NCBI GenBank assembly: GCA_018815555.1
Contig: JAHIWF010000158.1
Span: forward strand, 1-45,677
Reading direction: 5' to 3'
From: Spirochaetota bacterium
Lineage (GTDB): Bacteria > Spirochaetota > Spirochaetia > Treponematales > UBA12059
DNA length: 45,677 nucleotides
Made by a program: the position numbers and the translations under genes. Positions 1 to 9,788 of this stretch are shown piece after piece. Position 1 is the stretch's first letter; each line of letters starts with the position of its first letter. The notes beneath the pieces were generated by a model. It had not been told where the DNA came from. It saw nothing but the letters and a program-made list of their open reading frames with translations, and ran no database searches.

Positions 1-788
1 AACACTGCGGCAAACACGGCTGCAGCCGAAGTAAACATGCCGAGATTAAACTCGGTCTTAAGCACCCCCACATTCATGATGGCCGATACGAACAGCGACA
101 GGGTCATGTTCAGGCTGCCGAAAATCATGTAGGCACGCCAGGTACGGCTGGAGGGAGCGGTAATGAAAGCGCGGAACTTGCGCAGATCTGGCCGGACCAG
201 ATTCGCCGAAGGCAGCCGGATGGAAGGACCAGCACTCAGGGCAAAAAGCGCTGCAACGGCACCGGCCAGATAGATCCCGGTATAACCGGCCCGCACCGAA
301 GTAAAACGCATAAACAGCCCGGCCAGGAAGGGCATGGTTACGGCAATCACGATGGTACCTACCTGAATGGACAGCAATAGACTGTCACGGTTGTCATTTT
401 CGGTCAGGCAGCTGAATGCGGCATGCCGGGTAGACCAGAAGAAACCTTCGGCCGCTCCCTTAAGCATAAAATAGACCAGAATCATCCAGGGCATTTCGCT
501 TGTCGGCATGAAAAAAAACATCAAAGCGCCGATGAGCACCTGAAAAAGCAGGGCCAGGCGGAAGCCGCGCGAATAGCGGCCGGAAGCCACCCGCATTGTA
601 GAAAAAATGAAAACTGCCGCCAGACAACTGTAATAGAAGAGATACAGAAAAGACAGCAATACGAAAGAACCGGTAAGCCGCAAAGTAAAGGCAATATCAA
701 AACTGCCGGCTACAGCGGTATATAACGAATAGGTAACCACATACCAGGCGATGCTTCTGGTGGTACTTTGCTGTATCTTTTTGAACAT
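1..788 (-). CDS. MFS-type permease, runs off the left edge (not in the ORF track)
   Basis: Manual translation from ATG 788: MFKKIQQSTTRSIAWYVVTYSLY...LKGAAEGFFWSTRHAAF...; open to position 1 with many hydrophobic helices. Confidence 0.8.
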   Translation of the reverse strand, partial: MFKKIQQSTTRSIAWYVVTYSLYTAVAGSFDIAFTLRLTGSFVLLSFLYLFYYSCLAAVFIFSTMRVASGRYSRGFRLALLFQVLIGALMFFFMPTSEMPWMILVYFMLKGAAEGFFWSTRHAAFSCLTENDNRDSLLLSIQVGTIVIAVTMPFLAGLFMRFTSVRAGYTGIYLAGAVAALFALSAGPSIRLPSANLVRPDLRKFRAFITAPSSRTWRAYMIFGSLNMTLSLFVSAIMNVGVLKTEFNLGMFTSAAAVFAAV

Positions 789-885
789 GATAGGAGACTA
801 TAGACAGCCGTTCAGGCAATGGCAAGGGGGGATAAACAGCTCCGTCGGCAAGATGCGCTACAAGGCCAACAGTCAGAAAATCCAG

Positions 886-914
886 TTGAAGAACTGTCTG
901 TCTGATGCTACACT
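886..914 (+). promoter_or_regulatory. sigma70-type promoter for kdd
   Basis: TTGAAG (886-891), 17 nt, TACACT (909-914) with extended -10 TG; AGGAG SD at 961-965. Confidence 0.6.
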
Positions 915-973
915 TGAAGCGGCAGCCAGCAGCGCTCTGCTCCTGCGGCTGCCGGCAAAAAGGAGAAGGTATC

Positions 974-2014
974 ATGACCAACAATAAAGCCTGCCGCTAT
1001 GGCAGCCATCGCGTACTCGACGGAAAACGCATCCTGCCCCAGCCTGCTCAAAAGCTGGACAATACCATGACCATTTACGAAAACGAGGTGCTCATAGATG
1101 TAAGCACACTGAACATTGATTCTGCCAGCTATACCCAGATAAAAAAAGCCTGTGACGGCGACGCCGAAAGAATGAAAGCCATGATCATGGATATTGTTGC
1201 CGAGCGCGGCAAAATGCAGAACCCGGTTACCGGATCCGGAGGCATGCTCATCGGTACCGTCCGCGAAATCGGCCCGGAGTACCCCAACAAGAAACTGAAA
1301 GTCGGCGACCGCATCGCCACGCTGGTGTCGCTGTCACTTACACCGCTGAAGATCAGCAAAATTGTCAACCTCGACCCAGCTTCCGACCAGGTAGATGTCG
1401 AGGCGCAGGCCATACTTTTTGAGAGCGGCATCTTCGCGATTGTTCCCTCCGACATCCCCGAGAAACTGGCACTGGCCGTTCTGGATGTGGCCGGCGCTCC
1501 GGCCCAGGTAGACCGCCTGGTGCGCGAGGGTGATACCGTCTGCATCATCGGCGGCGGCGGAAAATCCGGCATCCTGTGCTGCTACCAGGCTATGAAGAAT
1601 GTCGGACCCTACGGCAAGGTCATCGTGGTGGAATACTCCAAGGATAACGCCCAGCGCATCATCGACATGAAATTGGCCACTGATGTTATCATCGCTGATG
1701 CCACTGACGCTATCGATGTGTACCACAAGGTAATCGCCATAACCGGCGAACGGGCCTGCGATGTAACCATCAACAATGTAAATGTCCCCAACACCGAAAT
1801 GACCTCCATCCTGATAACCAAAGGTCAGGGCCTTATCTACTTCTTCTCGATGGCTACCTCGTTTACCAAGGCCGCTCTTGGAGCAGAAGGTGTCGGCAAG
1901 GATATAGAGCTTATCGTAGGCAACGGCTATGCCAAAGGCCACTCGGACCTCTCGCTGAACATCCTGCGCGAGTCAGCCGAGATCCGGGCCATGTTCGAAA
2001 AACTATACGTCTGA
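974..2014 (+). CDS. kdd: L-erythro-3,5-diaminohexanoate dehydrogenase (lysine fermentation)
   Basis: CRYGSHRV...LPQPAQKLDN, LNIDSAS, GKMQNPVTGSGGMLIG, LDVAGAPAQ, GGGGKSG, FSMATSFTKAALGAEG, GNGY motifs; start placed at ATG 974 after AGGAG. Confidence 0.92.
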   Translation: MTNNKACRYGSHRVLDGKRILPQPAQKLDNTMTIYENEVLIDVSTLNIDSASYTQIKKACDGDAERMKAMIMDIVAERGKMQNPVTGSGGMLIGTVREIGPEYPNKKLKVGDRIATLVSLSLTPLKISKIVNLDPASDQVDVEAQAILFESGIFAIVPSDIPEKLALAVLDVAGAPAQVDRLVREGDTVCIIGGGGKSGILCCYQAMKNVGPYGKVIVVEYSKDNAQRIIDMKLATDVIIADATDAIDVYHKVIAITGERACDVTINNVNVPNTEMTSILITKGQGLIYFFSMATSFTKAALGAEGVGKDIELIVGNGYAKGHSDLSLNILRESAEIRAMFEKLYV

Positions 2015-2025
2015 ACCAAACCGGC

Positions 2026-2052
2026 GACAGCCCGCCTGCTAAGCGGGCTGTC
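2026..2052 (+). terminator. hairpin after kdd, probable terminator or stabiliser
   Basis: GACAGCCCGC-CTGCTAA-GCGGGCTGTC perfect 10-bp stem; no U-tract. Confidence 0.5.
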
Positions 2053-2086
2053 TGGCGGCTGATAAGATTGCCGGCCGGCAGAAATA

Positions 2087-2116
2087 TTGACAGTGGCAAG
2101 CCCTTGCCGCTACACT
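2087..2116 (+). promoter_or_regulatory. promoter with an inverted repeat in the spacer; likely leaderless
   Basis: TTGACA-18-TACACT; GGCAAG-CC-CTTGCC inside the spacer; ATG 6 nt after the -10; no SD. Confidence 0.6.
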
Positions 2117-2122
2117 GTCGGC

Positions 2123-3337
2123 ATGACCGAAAACAGTAACGCAGCAGCCAAAACCCGCAGCATAGTTATATTTACCTTACTAAGTTCGGTTTCATGGATG
2201 ATCTACAAAGTAGCCTTCAATCTTTTCCTGCGCGAACGCGGCTTCGACAACCAGTTTATAGGCACCATCGCCTCGTACGAAATGATCGGTTCGGCAATAT
2301 TGGGACTGGTTATTGCGGTACTGGGAGACCGCTTCGGCAAAAAGCGGGTTCTGGTCGGAATATCATTCGGATTCGGGCTGGTGCTCATACTTAAAGTATC
2401 ATTCCCGATTCCGGCATTTCTGCTGTCCATAGCCTTTCTCAGCGGCGGACTGCAGATGTCGCGGATGATGCTGTTAAATTCGCTATTGATAGATCTAACC
2501 GACCACGGCAGCCGCGGCAAAGCCTTCGGACTTAATTTCGGAGTACAGATGGGCAGCGGCCTGTTCGGAAATTTTATCGGCGGTGTACTCGGCGAGCAGA
2601 TCGGCATGACCAGTACACTGATTATCGCTGCACTACTTTATATACTGTCCAACGTATTCCTGGCAAAAATACCGAATATAAAACCAGGCAAGCTGTTGCC
2701 GCTGCGTGTTTTTTTCGACATCCGCGGCCTCTTGCCAGCCGAACGTAGCACCGTGACAAACCATCTCTTGGAAACATTTTTTGTTTCCTTCGGTGCCGGC
2801 TTGTTTGTAAACTTTGGCAATATAATTTTCAAAGACCTTTTCGATCTGTCGCCAACCATGATCGGCACGGCGCTTTCGATTGCCCAACTGGGAGCCGGTA
2901 TCGGATCGGTACTATCGTGGCGGCTGGCTCGGCGCTATGGCGCGGTTTCCTATGTCGGCCTGTTAACTTTTCTGGTGGTTCCGCTTATTATCGCGTTAGG
3001 CTTTATCCGCGACCCCTATATTTTTACAGTTTTTTACGCTGTACGCTTTTCTTTCATGAATATGACCAATCCGGTCGTTACTACCTGTGTGCTCAGTAAT
3101 GTGCCGGCCGACCGGGTTACAGCAATAAACAGTATCAAGAATACGCTCAACCATATCTCGCGCGCCATAGCGGCGGCGGTGTTCGGCCTGATCGTAGCGC
3201 TTCCTTCAGGTTATACTATCTTATTCCTGCTAAGCTCGGTGTTCTACGCACTCGGGTTTTTCTTTCTGATGCGGGTGCTGCTGCCGCTGAAACGTGCCGG
3301 CAAACTACAGAGCCTATATGGCGGAGAAAAATCATAA
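2123..3337 (+). CDS. MFS transporter
   Basis: About 12 hydrophobic segments; motif A LGDRFGKKR and LARRYG in the second half; the track start (TTG 2087) is the -35 box, so ATG 2123 preferred. Confidence 0.88.
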   Translation: MTENSNAAAKTRSIVIFTLLSSVSWMIYKVAFNLFLRERGFDNQFIGTIASYEMIGSAILGLVIAVLGDRFGKKRVLVGISFGFGLVLILKVSFPIPAFLLSIAFLSGGLQMSRMMLLNSLLIDLTDHGSRGKAFGLNFGVQMGSGLFGNFIGGVLGEQIGMTSTLIIAALLYILSNVFLAKIPNIKPGKLLPLRVFFDIRGLLPAERSTVTNHLLETFFVSFGAGLFVNFGNIIFKDLFDLSPTMIGTALSIAQLGAGIGSVLSWRLARRYGAVSYVGLLTFLVVPLIIALGFIRDPYIFTVFYAVRFSFMNMTNPVVTTCVLSNVPADRVTAINSIKNTLNHISRAIAAAVFGLIVALPSGYTILFLLSSVFYALGFFFLMRVLLPLKRAGKLQSLYGGEKS

Positions 3338-3425
3338 GGCATTTTAGAATAGCCAGAGCGAGCATATTTATTCTCCAACCCGGACACTTGCCGGCCGCCG
3401 GAACTGCGGCCATACTGTCAGTGTA

Positions 3426-5921
3426 ATGTTTTCATTTCAACAAACCGGATTGCCGATAGAAGCCTACCTGGATACCATAGCTTCGCGGCTTGCGGCGACC
3501 GGCACCCTGGTGTTGCAGGCAGAACCGGGGGCAGGCAAAACCAGTCTGGTGCCGCTCGTCCTGGCTAAACACTTTCATGGCCATATTCTGGTTATGGAAC
3601 CGCGCCGGGTGGCCGCGTTGCGTGCCGCCGAATACATGGCGGAGCTGACTGGAACACAGATCGGCAAAGAAATCGGCTATGCAGTCCGCGGCGACAGCCG
3701 GCAAAGTACCGCCACCAGGATACTCTGTGTTACCCCGGGCGTACTGCTTGCCCTGCTGCGTGAAGATCCGTTGCTGGAGCGAGTCGGGGCCGTCATACTG
3801 GACGAGTTTCATGAACGCTCAGCACAGGCCGATCTGGCTTTTGCCTTCCTGCGCGAAGCGCGCCGCGCCGGCGCGGAATGTGCGCTCCTGGTAATGTCGG
3901 CGACTATAGACGGCAAAGCTGCGGCGCAAGCGCTGGCTGATACGGATTCTGAGCCTGCCCTGCTTTCGGTTCCCGGCCGCAGTTATCCGGTAGAAACCCG
4001 CTATCAGCCACTGCCAACCGGTCGGGGCTTCGAGCAGGCTTTGGCTGAGCTGGCGGTTAATCTGGCCCGCCAGATACAAGGCGATGTACTGGCTTTTCTG
4101 CCGGGAGCCGCCGAAATTGCCCGAGCCCGAGAGGCGGCCCTGCAGCTCGGCATGGATGCAATTGCCCTGCACGGGTCAGCCCCGCTGGCCGAACAGCACA
4201 GGGCAGTGGCTCCGGCTGCCAATGCCGCTCAGCGGGTGGTTTTTGCCACCAGCATTGCTGAATCCAGCCTTACTGTAGCCAGGGTGCGCGGCGTTGTCGA
4301 CTCGGGCCTTGCCCGCCTCACCCGCTATCATCCTGGCAGTGGCCTAAACCGTCTGGTAACCGAGCGGCTTACCCGGGACCGGGCCGATCAGCGGCGGGGA
4401 CGTGCCGGACGCCTGGGACCTGGGGTCTGTATCCGCACCTGGGCCGAGCATGATCCACTGGTCGAACGGGCTATCCCGGAAATACTGCGCTCGGACTTGT
4501 CAGCCCTGGTACTGGATGCCGCTGCCTGGGGTGCCAGATCGCGTCTGGATCTTGCCTGGCTGGAAGCCCCTCCGGAGGCTGCCTGGCAGTCTGGGGTAGA
4601 ACTTCTGCAGCTGCTTGGCGCGCTGGACGATACGGCAGGCATAACAACGGCCGGCCGGGACCTGCTTAAGCTTGGCACTGAGCCTCGCTTGGCGGCCATG
4701 ATCATACAAGCACTGGACCATAACCGTGGCCAGGCTGCCTGCCGCCTGGCGGCCCTGCTCAGCGAAGATAGTCAGAGCAGCGACTGCGATCTGGCAGAGC
4801 ACCTGAACGACTTTCCCAGGCTGGCCACCAGCCGCGCGCGGAACGAAGCAAACCGGCTAAGCCGCGCAGCCGGACTGGAAGCAAACGCTGCAGCCGCTTC
4901 CCGGCTCGATTCTGGCTCCGCCGCGCGTACAGACACCGGCCGCCTGCTTGCAGCGGCATGGCCGGACCGCATTGCCCGCAAAGAACGCGGAGAGGGGATG
5001 GAAGCGCTATTCCGCATGGCTACCGGACGGGTACTGCGTGTACGCGGTAGACTTGCCAGCGCGGCCTGGATCGTCATAGCTGATGCCGATGCCGGCCAGA
5101 CTGAGGGCCGGGTGTATGCCGCGGCGGCTATAAGCGAGGCCGATGCCCTGAAGACGCTGGCCAGGCTGAGCACGGAAAGCGTAGAACTGGAATGGCAGGG
5201 TCTGCAGGCCAGAGCCAGAAAGCGTCGAAAAGCCGGGGTCCTTGTTCTGGAAGAAGTTATTTTACCCTCGCCGTCTGCTGAAGATGTCCGTACCAGCCTA
5301 ATGGAGCGGCTGCACAGCGAGAGGCTTGGCATTCTGCCCTGGGGGCACGGCTCCGGCAGCCCGCAGGCTTTGCTGGAGCGGCTGCGCTGGTATACTCAGC
5401 GCAAGCAGGAAGTCTCAGTTGAAAAAAACTTCACAGATAGGTTTGATGAACATAGCCTCATAAATAATGCCGAAGCATGGCTTGCCCCCTGGATTAACGG
5501 TGGCCCGGGTGATTGCCTTGATGAAAAAATGTTGGCACAAGCTTTGCTTGGACTTCTGGATACTGCGGAAAGACGGGCCTTCGAAAAGGAAGCTCCCGCC
5601 AGTCTGCTTTTGCCTTCCGGCGCTCGCCGGCCGCTGGAATATCCGGCCGGGCAGGCCCCGCTGCTGGAAGCCCGTATCCAGGAATTCTACGGCCTGGACA
5701 CCCACCCCCGCATCATGGGCCTGCCGGTACTGCTGCGGCTGCTGTCTCCGGCCGGCCGGCCGGTGCAGACAAGCGCGGATCTGCCCGGTTTCTGGCGCGG
5801 CTCCTGGAAAGAAGCACGCAAAGAACTGCGCGGCCGTTATCCGAAACACGACTGGCCGGAAGATCCTGCCAGCGCTAAACCCGGTCTGTCCAGTCTTAAA
5901 AGCCGACGCTTGCCGACTTAA
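3426..5921 (+). CDS. hrpB: ATP-dependent RNA helicase HrpB
   Basis: PGAGKT, PRRVAA, LDEFHER, MSAT, QRRGRAGR and HrpB C-terminus LSPAGRPVQ...FWRGSW...LRGRYPKHDWPEDP. Confidence 0.93.
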   Translation: MFSFQQTGLPIEAYLDTIASRLAATGTLVLQAEPGAGKTSLVPLVLAKHFHGHILVMEPRRVAALRAAEYMAELTGTQIGKEIGYAVRGDSRQSTATRILCVTPGVLLALLREDPLLERVGAVILDEFHERSAQADLAFAFLREARRAGAECALLVMSATIDGKAAAQALADTDSEPALLSVPGRSYPVETRYQPLPTGRGFEQALAELAVNLARQIQGDVLAFLPGAAEIARAREAALQLGMDAIALHGSAPLAEQHRAVAPAANAAQRVVFATSIAESSLTVARVRGVVDSGLARLTRYHPGSGLNRLVTERLTRDRADQRRGRAGRLGPGVCIRTWAEHDPLVERAIPEILRSDLSALVLDAAAWGARSRLDLAWLEAPPEAAWQSGVELLQLLGALDDTAGITTAGRDLLKLGTEPRLAAMIIQALDHNRGQAACRLAALLSEDSQSSDCDLAEHLNDFPRLATSRARNEANRLSRAAGLEANAAAASRLDSGSAARTDTGRLLAAAWPDRIARKERGEGMEALFRMATGRVLRVRGRLASAAWIVIADADAGQTEGRVYAAAAISEADALKTLARLSTESVELEWQGLQARARKRRKAGVLVLEEVILPSPSAEDVRTSLMERLHSERLGILPWGHGSGSPQALLERLRWYTQRKQEVSVEKNFTDRFDEHSLINNAEAWLAPWINGGPGDCLDEKMLAQALLGLLDTAERRAFEKEAPASLLLPSGARRPLEYPAGQAPLLEARIQEFYGLDTHPRIMGLPVLLRLLSPAGRPVQTSADLPGFWRGSWKEARKELRGRYPKHDWPEDPASAKPGLSSLKSRRLPT

Positions 5922-5939
5922 ATCAAATATCGGGCAGGC

Positions 5940-7100
5940 TTACTCGTTGTACATGCCCTGCCGGATATCATTTCGTTCCAGCCGGATCGTAAGGCTGGTA
6001 CGGTTATAACGGCGGTCGATCCGGATGTATAAACGAACCAGGCCGACTTCGCCGGAAAATTCAATATCGCTGCCGTTTTTACTGGCAACGGTAAAGCTGC
6101 CAAGTTCTGAGCCGACCTGTAATTCCGGATGCAGGATCAAGCCATCGGCAGCATCAAGCGGATTTAGCTTCAGCACAGCCTGGACCGGTTCTCCGCTGCG
6201 GTCCAGAAAATCGAAACTGCGTTCGTCTGTCGCCCGCGCTTTGGTCGCTGCGTCATAATAATACGTCTCGTTCAGTAATTGCTGCAAATCATACAATATT
6301 GAATTAAGGTCCCTGGTTCCGTCGCGCAGCACTTTGCGCTCGCCGGGAGCAAGTTCAAAATCGACCTGCCAGTCGGCAAAACGTATTTCAGGCTGAATCA
6401 CGACACCAAAACCCCGCCCCAGATGTATGCGCACGCTGTGCCGGCCGGGTCGTACTTTTTCCAGCACATAGGGCTCGGTAATTGATCCGGTGGTATAGCC
6501 GACAAATTCACCGTCGAAAAATATTTCGCCACGGATCAGATAGGAATGTATGGCTATGCTGCCGGGTTCTTCATTACGCAATGACACTATTCCGCGCTCG
6601 CCGCCGCTGCCGGCGAATTCGGGGCGGCTGCCGGTAAGGTATTCGACCAGGCTCTCGGCCGCCATATGCACGGTATTCTCGGTGCCGCCGCGCTCCACAA
6701 AGGCTCCGGAACGGCCACTGGCAACATTTACCACCTTTACTGTAACCAGCACCTCGGTTGACAAGGCGACATAATCGGCCGAGACAAGGAAATCGGCACC
6801 CAGTAGTTGGCCTACCCGCTGGCTGCTGTCGGTGTTGTCCAGTAAACCGCTCAGCTGCAGTTCCTGCTCGCGCAGTACCCGGTCCAGGCTATTGCGGTCC
6901 ACCAGTGTTATGCCGGGTGCACGGGTAAGATCGAAAAGCAATAAGCCCTGAATGATGCCGCCGACGTAATCACTGCGTGGATCGATATCCAGATTGCGGA
7001 CCGAAAGAAAAGCCACCTTTGGGCCGGTGGCAACAGGCTGTGCGGTAAGGGAGCTGGTCACTATAGCCAATACAAGCAAAAAAAAGCCAAGCTGTTTCAT
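5940..7100 (-). CDS. exported protein with CsgG/HfaB/FlgO-like domain plus PEGA-like domain
   Basis: Signal peptide MKQLGFFLLVLAIV; LVDRNSLDRVLREQELQLSGL...VGQLLGADFLV; GEIFFDGEFVGYT...PGRHSVRI; ATG 7100 preferred because TTG 7136 is the -35 box. Confidence 0.72.
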   Translation of the reverse strand: MKQLGFFLLVLAIVTSSLTAQPVATGPKVAFLSVRNLDIDPRSDYVGGIIQGLLLFDLTRAPGITLVDRNSLDRVLREQELQLSGLLDNTDSSQRVGQLLGADFLVSADYVALSTEVLVTVKVVNVASGRSGAFVERGGTENTVHMAAESLVEYLTGSRPEFAGSGGERGIVSLRNEEPGSIAIHSYLIRGEIFFDGEFVGYTTGSITEPYVLEKVRPGRHSVRIHLGRGFGVVIQPEIRFADWQVDFELAPGERKVLRDGTRDLNSILYDLQQLLNETYYYDAATKARATDERSFDFLDRSGEPVQAVLKLNPLDAADGLILHPELQVGSELGSFTVASKNGSDIEFSGEVGLVRLYIRIDRRYNRTSLTIRLERNDIRQGMYNE

Positions 7101-7107
7101 GCCGGAA

Positions 7108-7136
7108 AGTATACGATGCAGCAGCTGATAAGACAA
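7108..7136 (-). promoter_or_regulatory. promoter, likely leaderless
   Basis: Minus strand TTGTCT-17-TATACT, 7 nt, ATG; no SD. Confidence 0.6.
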
Positions 7137-7137
7137 G

Positions 7138-9645
7138 TCAGTGCCTGTGCTGCGGTTTTAGCGGCAAGCGCAGCGTAAAGCAGCTGCCCTTGCCGGGGGC
7201 AGTCTGTACATCAATGCTGCCGCCATGCAGCTCGGCAAAACGGCGGGCAATAGGCAAACCCAAACCGGTACCCGGTCGCTGCTCAGCCGGCGAACCAACC
7301 TGCTCGAACTCGGCAAAGGCCTGTGACACTCTCAGTGGATCCATACCCACACCGCTGTCTTCTACTGAAATCAGCACTGCCAGTGGTACTGCACCTGGGG
7401 CAGCCTCGGGCATCGTCTCCGGTACGGCCTCAGCCCGAATCCGGATAAAACCTTCATCGGTGTATTTTGCGGCATTGGAAATCAGGTTAAGCAATATTTG
7501 CCGGATTCGGGTGCGGTCGGCCTGTAGCAGAGGCAGCTCGGAAGCCGTCTCGATCAGAATCCGCACCGGCCGGCCTTGCACCAAAGACTGTGCGGTTTCT
7601 GCCAGTTCAACCAGCAGCGGACGCAGATCAAGCGCTTCTAATTGCAGCTCTAGTTTACCGGATTCTATTTTGGCCAGATCAAGAATGTCATTGATCAGTC
7701 CCAACAGATATTCACCGGATTTTTCTATGCGGGCCAGCAGGTCCTGTTGTCCTTCTTCCAGCGGACCATCGCTGCCGGAGCGCAGCAGATAGGCAAAGTT
7801 GATTATTGAATTGAGCGGAGTACGCAGCTCGTGCGACATGCCGGCCAGAAATCGGGACTTCTGGCGATTTGCCTCTTCGGCTGTCGCCCGGGCAACTGAT
7901 ACTTGCTGTCTGGCCTTCTCACGTTCCTCCAGCAGCAAAGAAGCCTTTATAGCCCTGGATAACTGGCTGCGCAGAATCTCGCAAATTCGCGAATTTGCCG
8001 GCTCGGTTCCCACCAGTGCAATACCTAGTGCTTCTTCGCGGAAATACAGCGGCACTACCATTAAATCATAGCGGCACATGGGGAAAAAATCGGCTGGTGC
8101 CAGCAGGCTCGAGTCATACTCAAAGTTTTCCAGCGGTAACGGCTTGTCGTGATTCCAAGCTACCAGCAGCCGGCAGCGACTGCGCAAGGCCGCCGCAGGC
8201 CCGCAATACAATGAAAGGGCAAAATCATGGATTCCCAGGCCCGGCAAACCCTGAACCAATGCTTCGCGCAATTCATCCAGCCCCAGGGTTACTCCGGTTT
8301 GCTCCATGGTGTCAGACAACAACTCGTTCGATGTTTCAATTTCCAGAATGCTTCGCTCAAAGTGACGAGTTGCCATATCTGCCGCCGTAAGCCGGGCCGC
8401 TACGGCAGTGCGCCGGAAGTGAGCATTATTCAATATTGTGTTGGGAAATTCCTCTAATATTCCGTCCAGGGCCCGGCCGGTGGCGATATTCTGAATCAGC
8501 AAGGATATAAAATCCTGACGCAGCTCGTTTGAACTGCGGGGGCCGGCCTTCGCCTCATTCTGATACGGCTCTTCAAAGGCCTGCAGAAAATCGTCCAGCC
8601 CGGATACGGCTTGCTTATCGTCATCGGGCAGCACGGACTGCCTTAAAAAGGTTTTGGTGGCTCTCGCTTTCCAGGTGGCATCCGCCGGCCCAAGACTGCG
8701 CTGCAGGCAGAAATCAGGCTCCAGGGCAATGCGGATACGTTCTGGCAGGCAGGAGCAGGATCGCCGGATGACCAGCTCGGTATCCAGCAAGCTCACTTCG
8801 TTCACCATCCTGCCTTCCAGCAAATCGGCGACTTTATCAATGCAGAGCTCAGCCATTCTGGCGAACGAGTAGCGTACCGTCGACAGAGGTGGATCGGAGC
8901 AGGGGGCATCGGCCCGATCGTCAAAACCGGCTACAAGGATGTCGGCCGGAACCCTTATTCCCCGCTTGCGCAATTCTTTGATTACACCGAGCGCAATTGG
9001 ATCATTTGCACACAGTATCGCATCAAACTGAATATTGCGGTGATCCAGCAGCGAGGTAATCGCCCTTGCACCGGTGGCCTCGTCAAAATATCCGGCACAT
9101 ATCAAAGCCGGATCTGACTCCAGCCCGCATTCTGCCAGAGTGGTCAAATAGGCGCTGTATCTGGCATCGGCTTCAGGATGACCAGCTGGCCCACGGACAA
9201 AAGCTACCCGCTGAGCTCCGTGGTCCAGTATCAGGTGCCGTAGCATCTTGCGGATACCGCCGGCATTGTCCCCAATTACACAGGGGATCCCGGGGAAATG
9301 ATAGGCTGCACTGACCAGTGGAATATTCGTGAAGCGCCCCAGAAAACTTTGCAGCAGCGGACCACCAGTAAACACTGCCATCTCGCCGGCCCAGGCGACA
9401 ATAGCATCAAAGGGTTGGCTGTCAATTATCTCAAACAGGGCATTGCCGGTTGCCGCAAATCCGCGGGTATCGCCAAGCATGCCGCCGCCTATGGCTATAG
9501 TATTTAGCCCGCGGCGGCTGGCGCCTTCTACGGCTCCGGCCCAGAATTGCCGGTCGATCAGAAAACGCGGCCCGGCGAACAATACGCCTACGGTCGGGTG
9601 CGAGTTCTGTGGCGACCTTTCTTTACTATTCAACGGCGCGGACAT
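7138..9645 (-). CDS. cytoplasmic histidine kinase with N-terminal LacI-type ligand-binding domain (no HTH)
   Basis: DNAGG...RVAFVRGP, ANDPIALG, VPADILVAGFDD, PPLSTV, LVIRRSCSC; H-box MSHELRTPLN, NLISNAAKYT, DSGVG, GTGLGL; no TM. Confidence 0.87.
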   Translation of the reverse strand: MSAPLNSKERSPQNSHPTVGVLFAGPRFLIDRQFWAGAVEGASRRGLNTIAIGGGMLGDTRGFAATGNALFEIIDSQPFDAIVAWAGEMAVFTGGPLLQSFLGRFTNIPLVSAAYHFPGIPCVIGDNAGGIRKMLRHLILDHGAQRVAFVRGPAGHPEADARYSAYLTTLAECGLESDPALICAGYFDEATGARAITSLLDHRNIQFDAILCANDPIALGVIKELRKRGIRVPADILVAGFDDRADAPCSDPPLSTVRYSFARMAELCIDKVADLLEGRMVNEVSLLDTELVIRRSCSCLPERIRIALEPDFCLQRSLGPADATWKARATKTFLRQSVLPDDDKQAVSGLDDFLQAFEEPYQNEAKAGPRSSNELRQDFISLLIQNIATGRALDGILEEFPNTILNNAHFRRTAVAARLTAADMATRHFERSILEIETSNELLSDTMEQTGVTLGLDELREALVQGLPGLGIHDFALSLYCGPAAALRSRCRLLVAWNHDKPLPLENFEYDSSLLAPADFFPMCRYDLMVVPLYFREEALGIALVGTEPANSRICEILRSQLSRAIKASLLLEEREKARQQVSVARATAEEANRQKSRFLAGMSHELRTPLNSIINFAYLLRSGSDGPLEEGQQDLLARIEKSGEYLLGLINDILDLAKIESGKLELQLEALDLRPLLVELAETAQSLVQGRPVRILIETASELPLLQADRTRIRQILLNLISNAAKYTDEGFIRIRAEAVPETMPEAAPGAVPLAVLISVEDSGVGMDPLRVSQAFAEFEQVGSPAEQRPGTGLGLPIARRFAELHGGSIDVQTAPGKGSCFTLRLPLKPQHRH

Positions 9646-9710
9646 ACAATGCTCCTGTATACAATCAATAAGCTATCAGGACATTTCTGTCAAATATCAT
9701 GCGCACAAAT

Positions 9711-9745
9711 AAAAAGCCCGACTGTATCGCATACAGCCGGGCTTT
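9711..9745 (-). terminator. intrinsic terminator after the FabX-like gene
   Basis: Minus strand AAAGCCCGGCTGTATGCGATACAGTCGGGCTTTTT: long stem plus U-tract. Confidence 0.8.
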
Positions 9746-9788
9746 AAACTAACAATAAAATCAAGAATTTAGCATAAATGCTTAGGGC

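Noticed and set aside
789-973. Lysine riboswitch upstream of kdd
   Set aside because: Only a GAACTGTC fragment resembles it; the predicted promoter leaves a ~53-nt leader, far too short for the aptamer
423-987. Track ORFs 423-725, 697-984 and 751-987
   Set aside because: They overlap the MFS gene (1-788) or the kdd promoter and have no recognisable motifs
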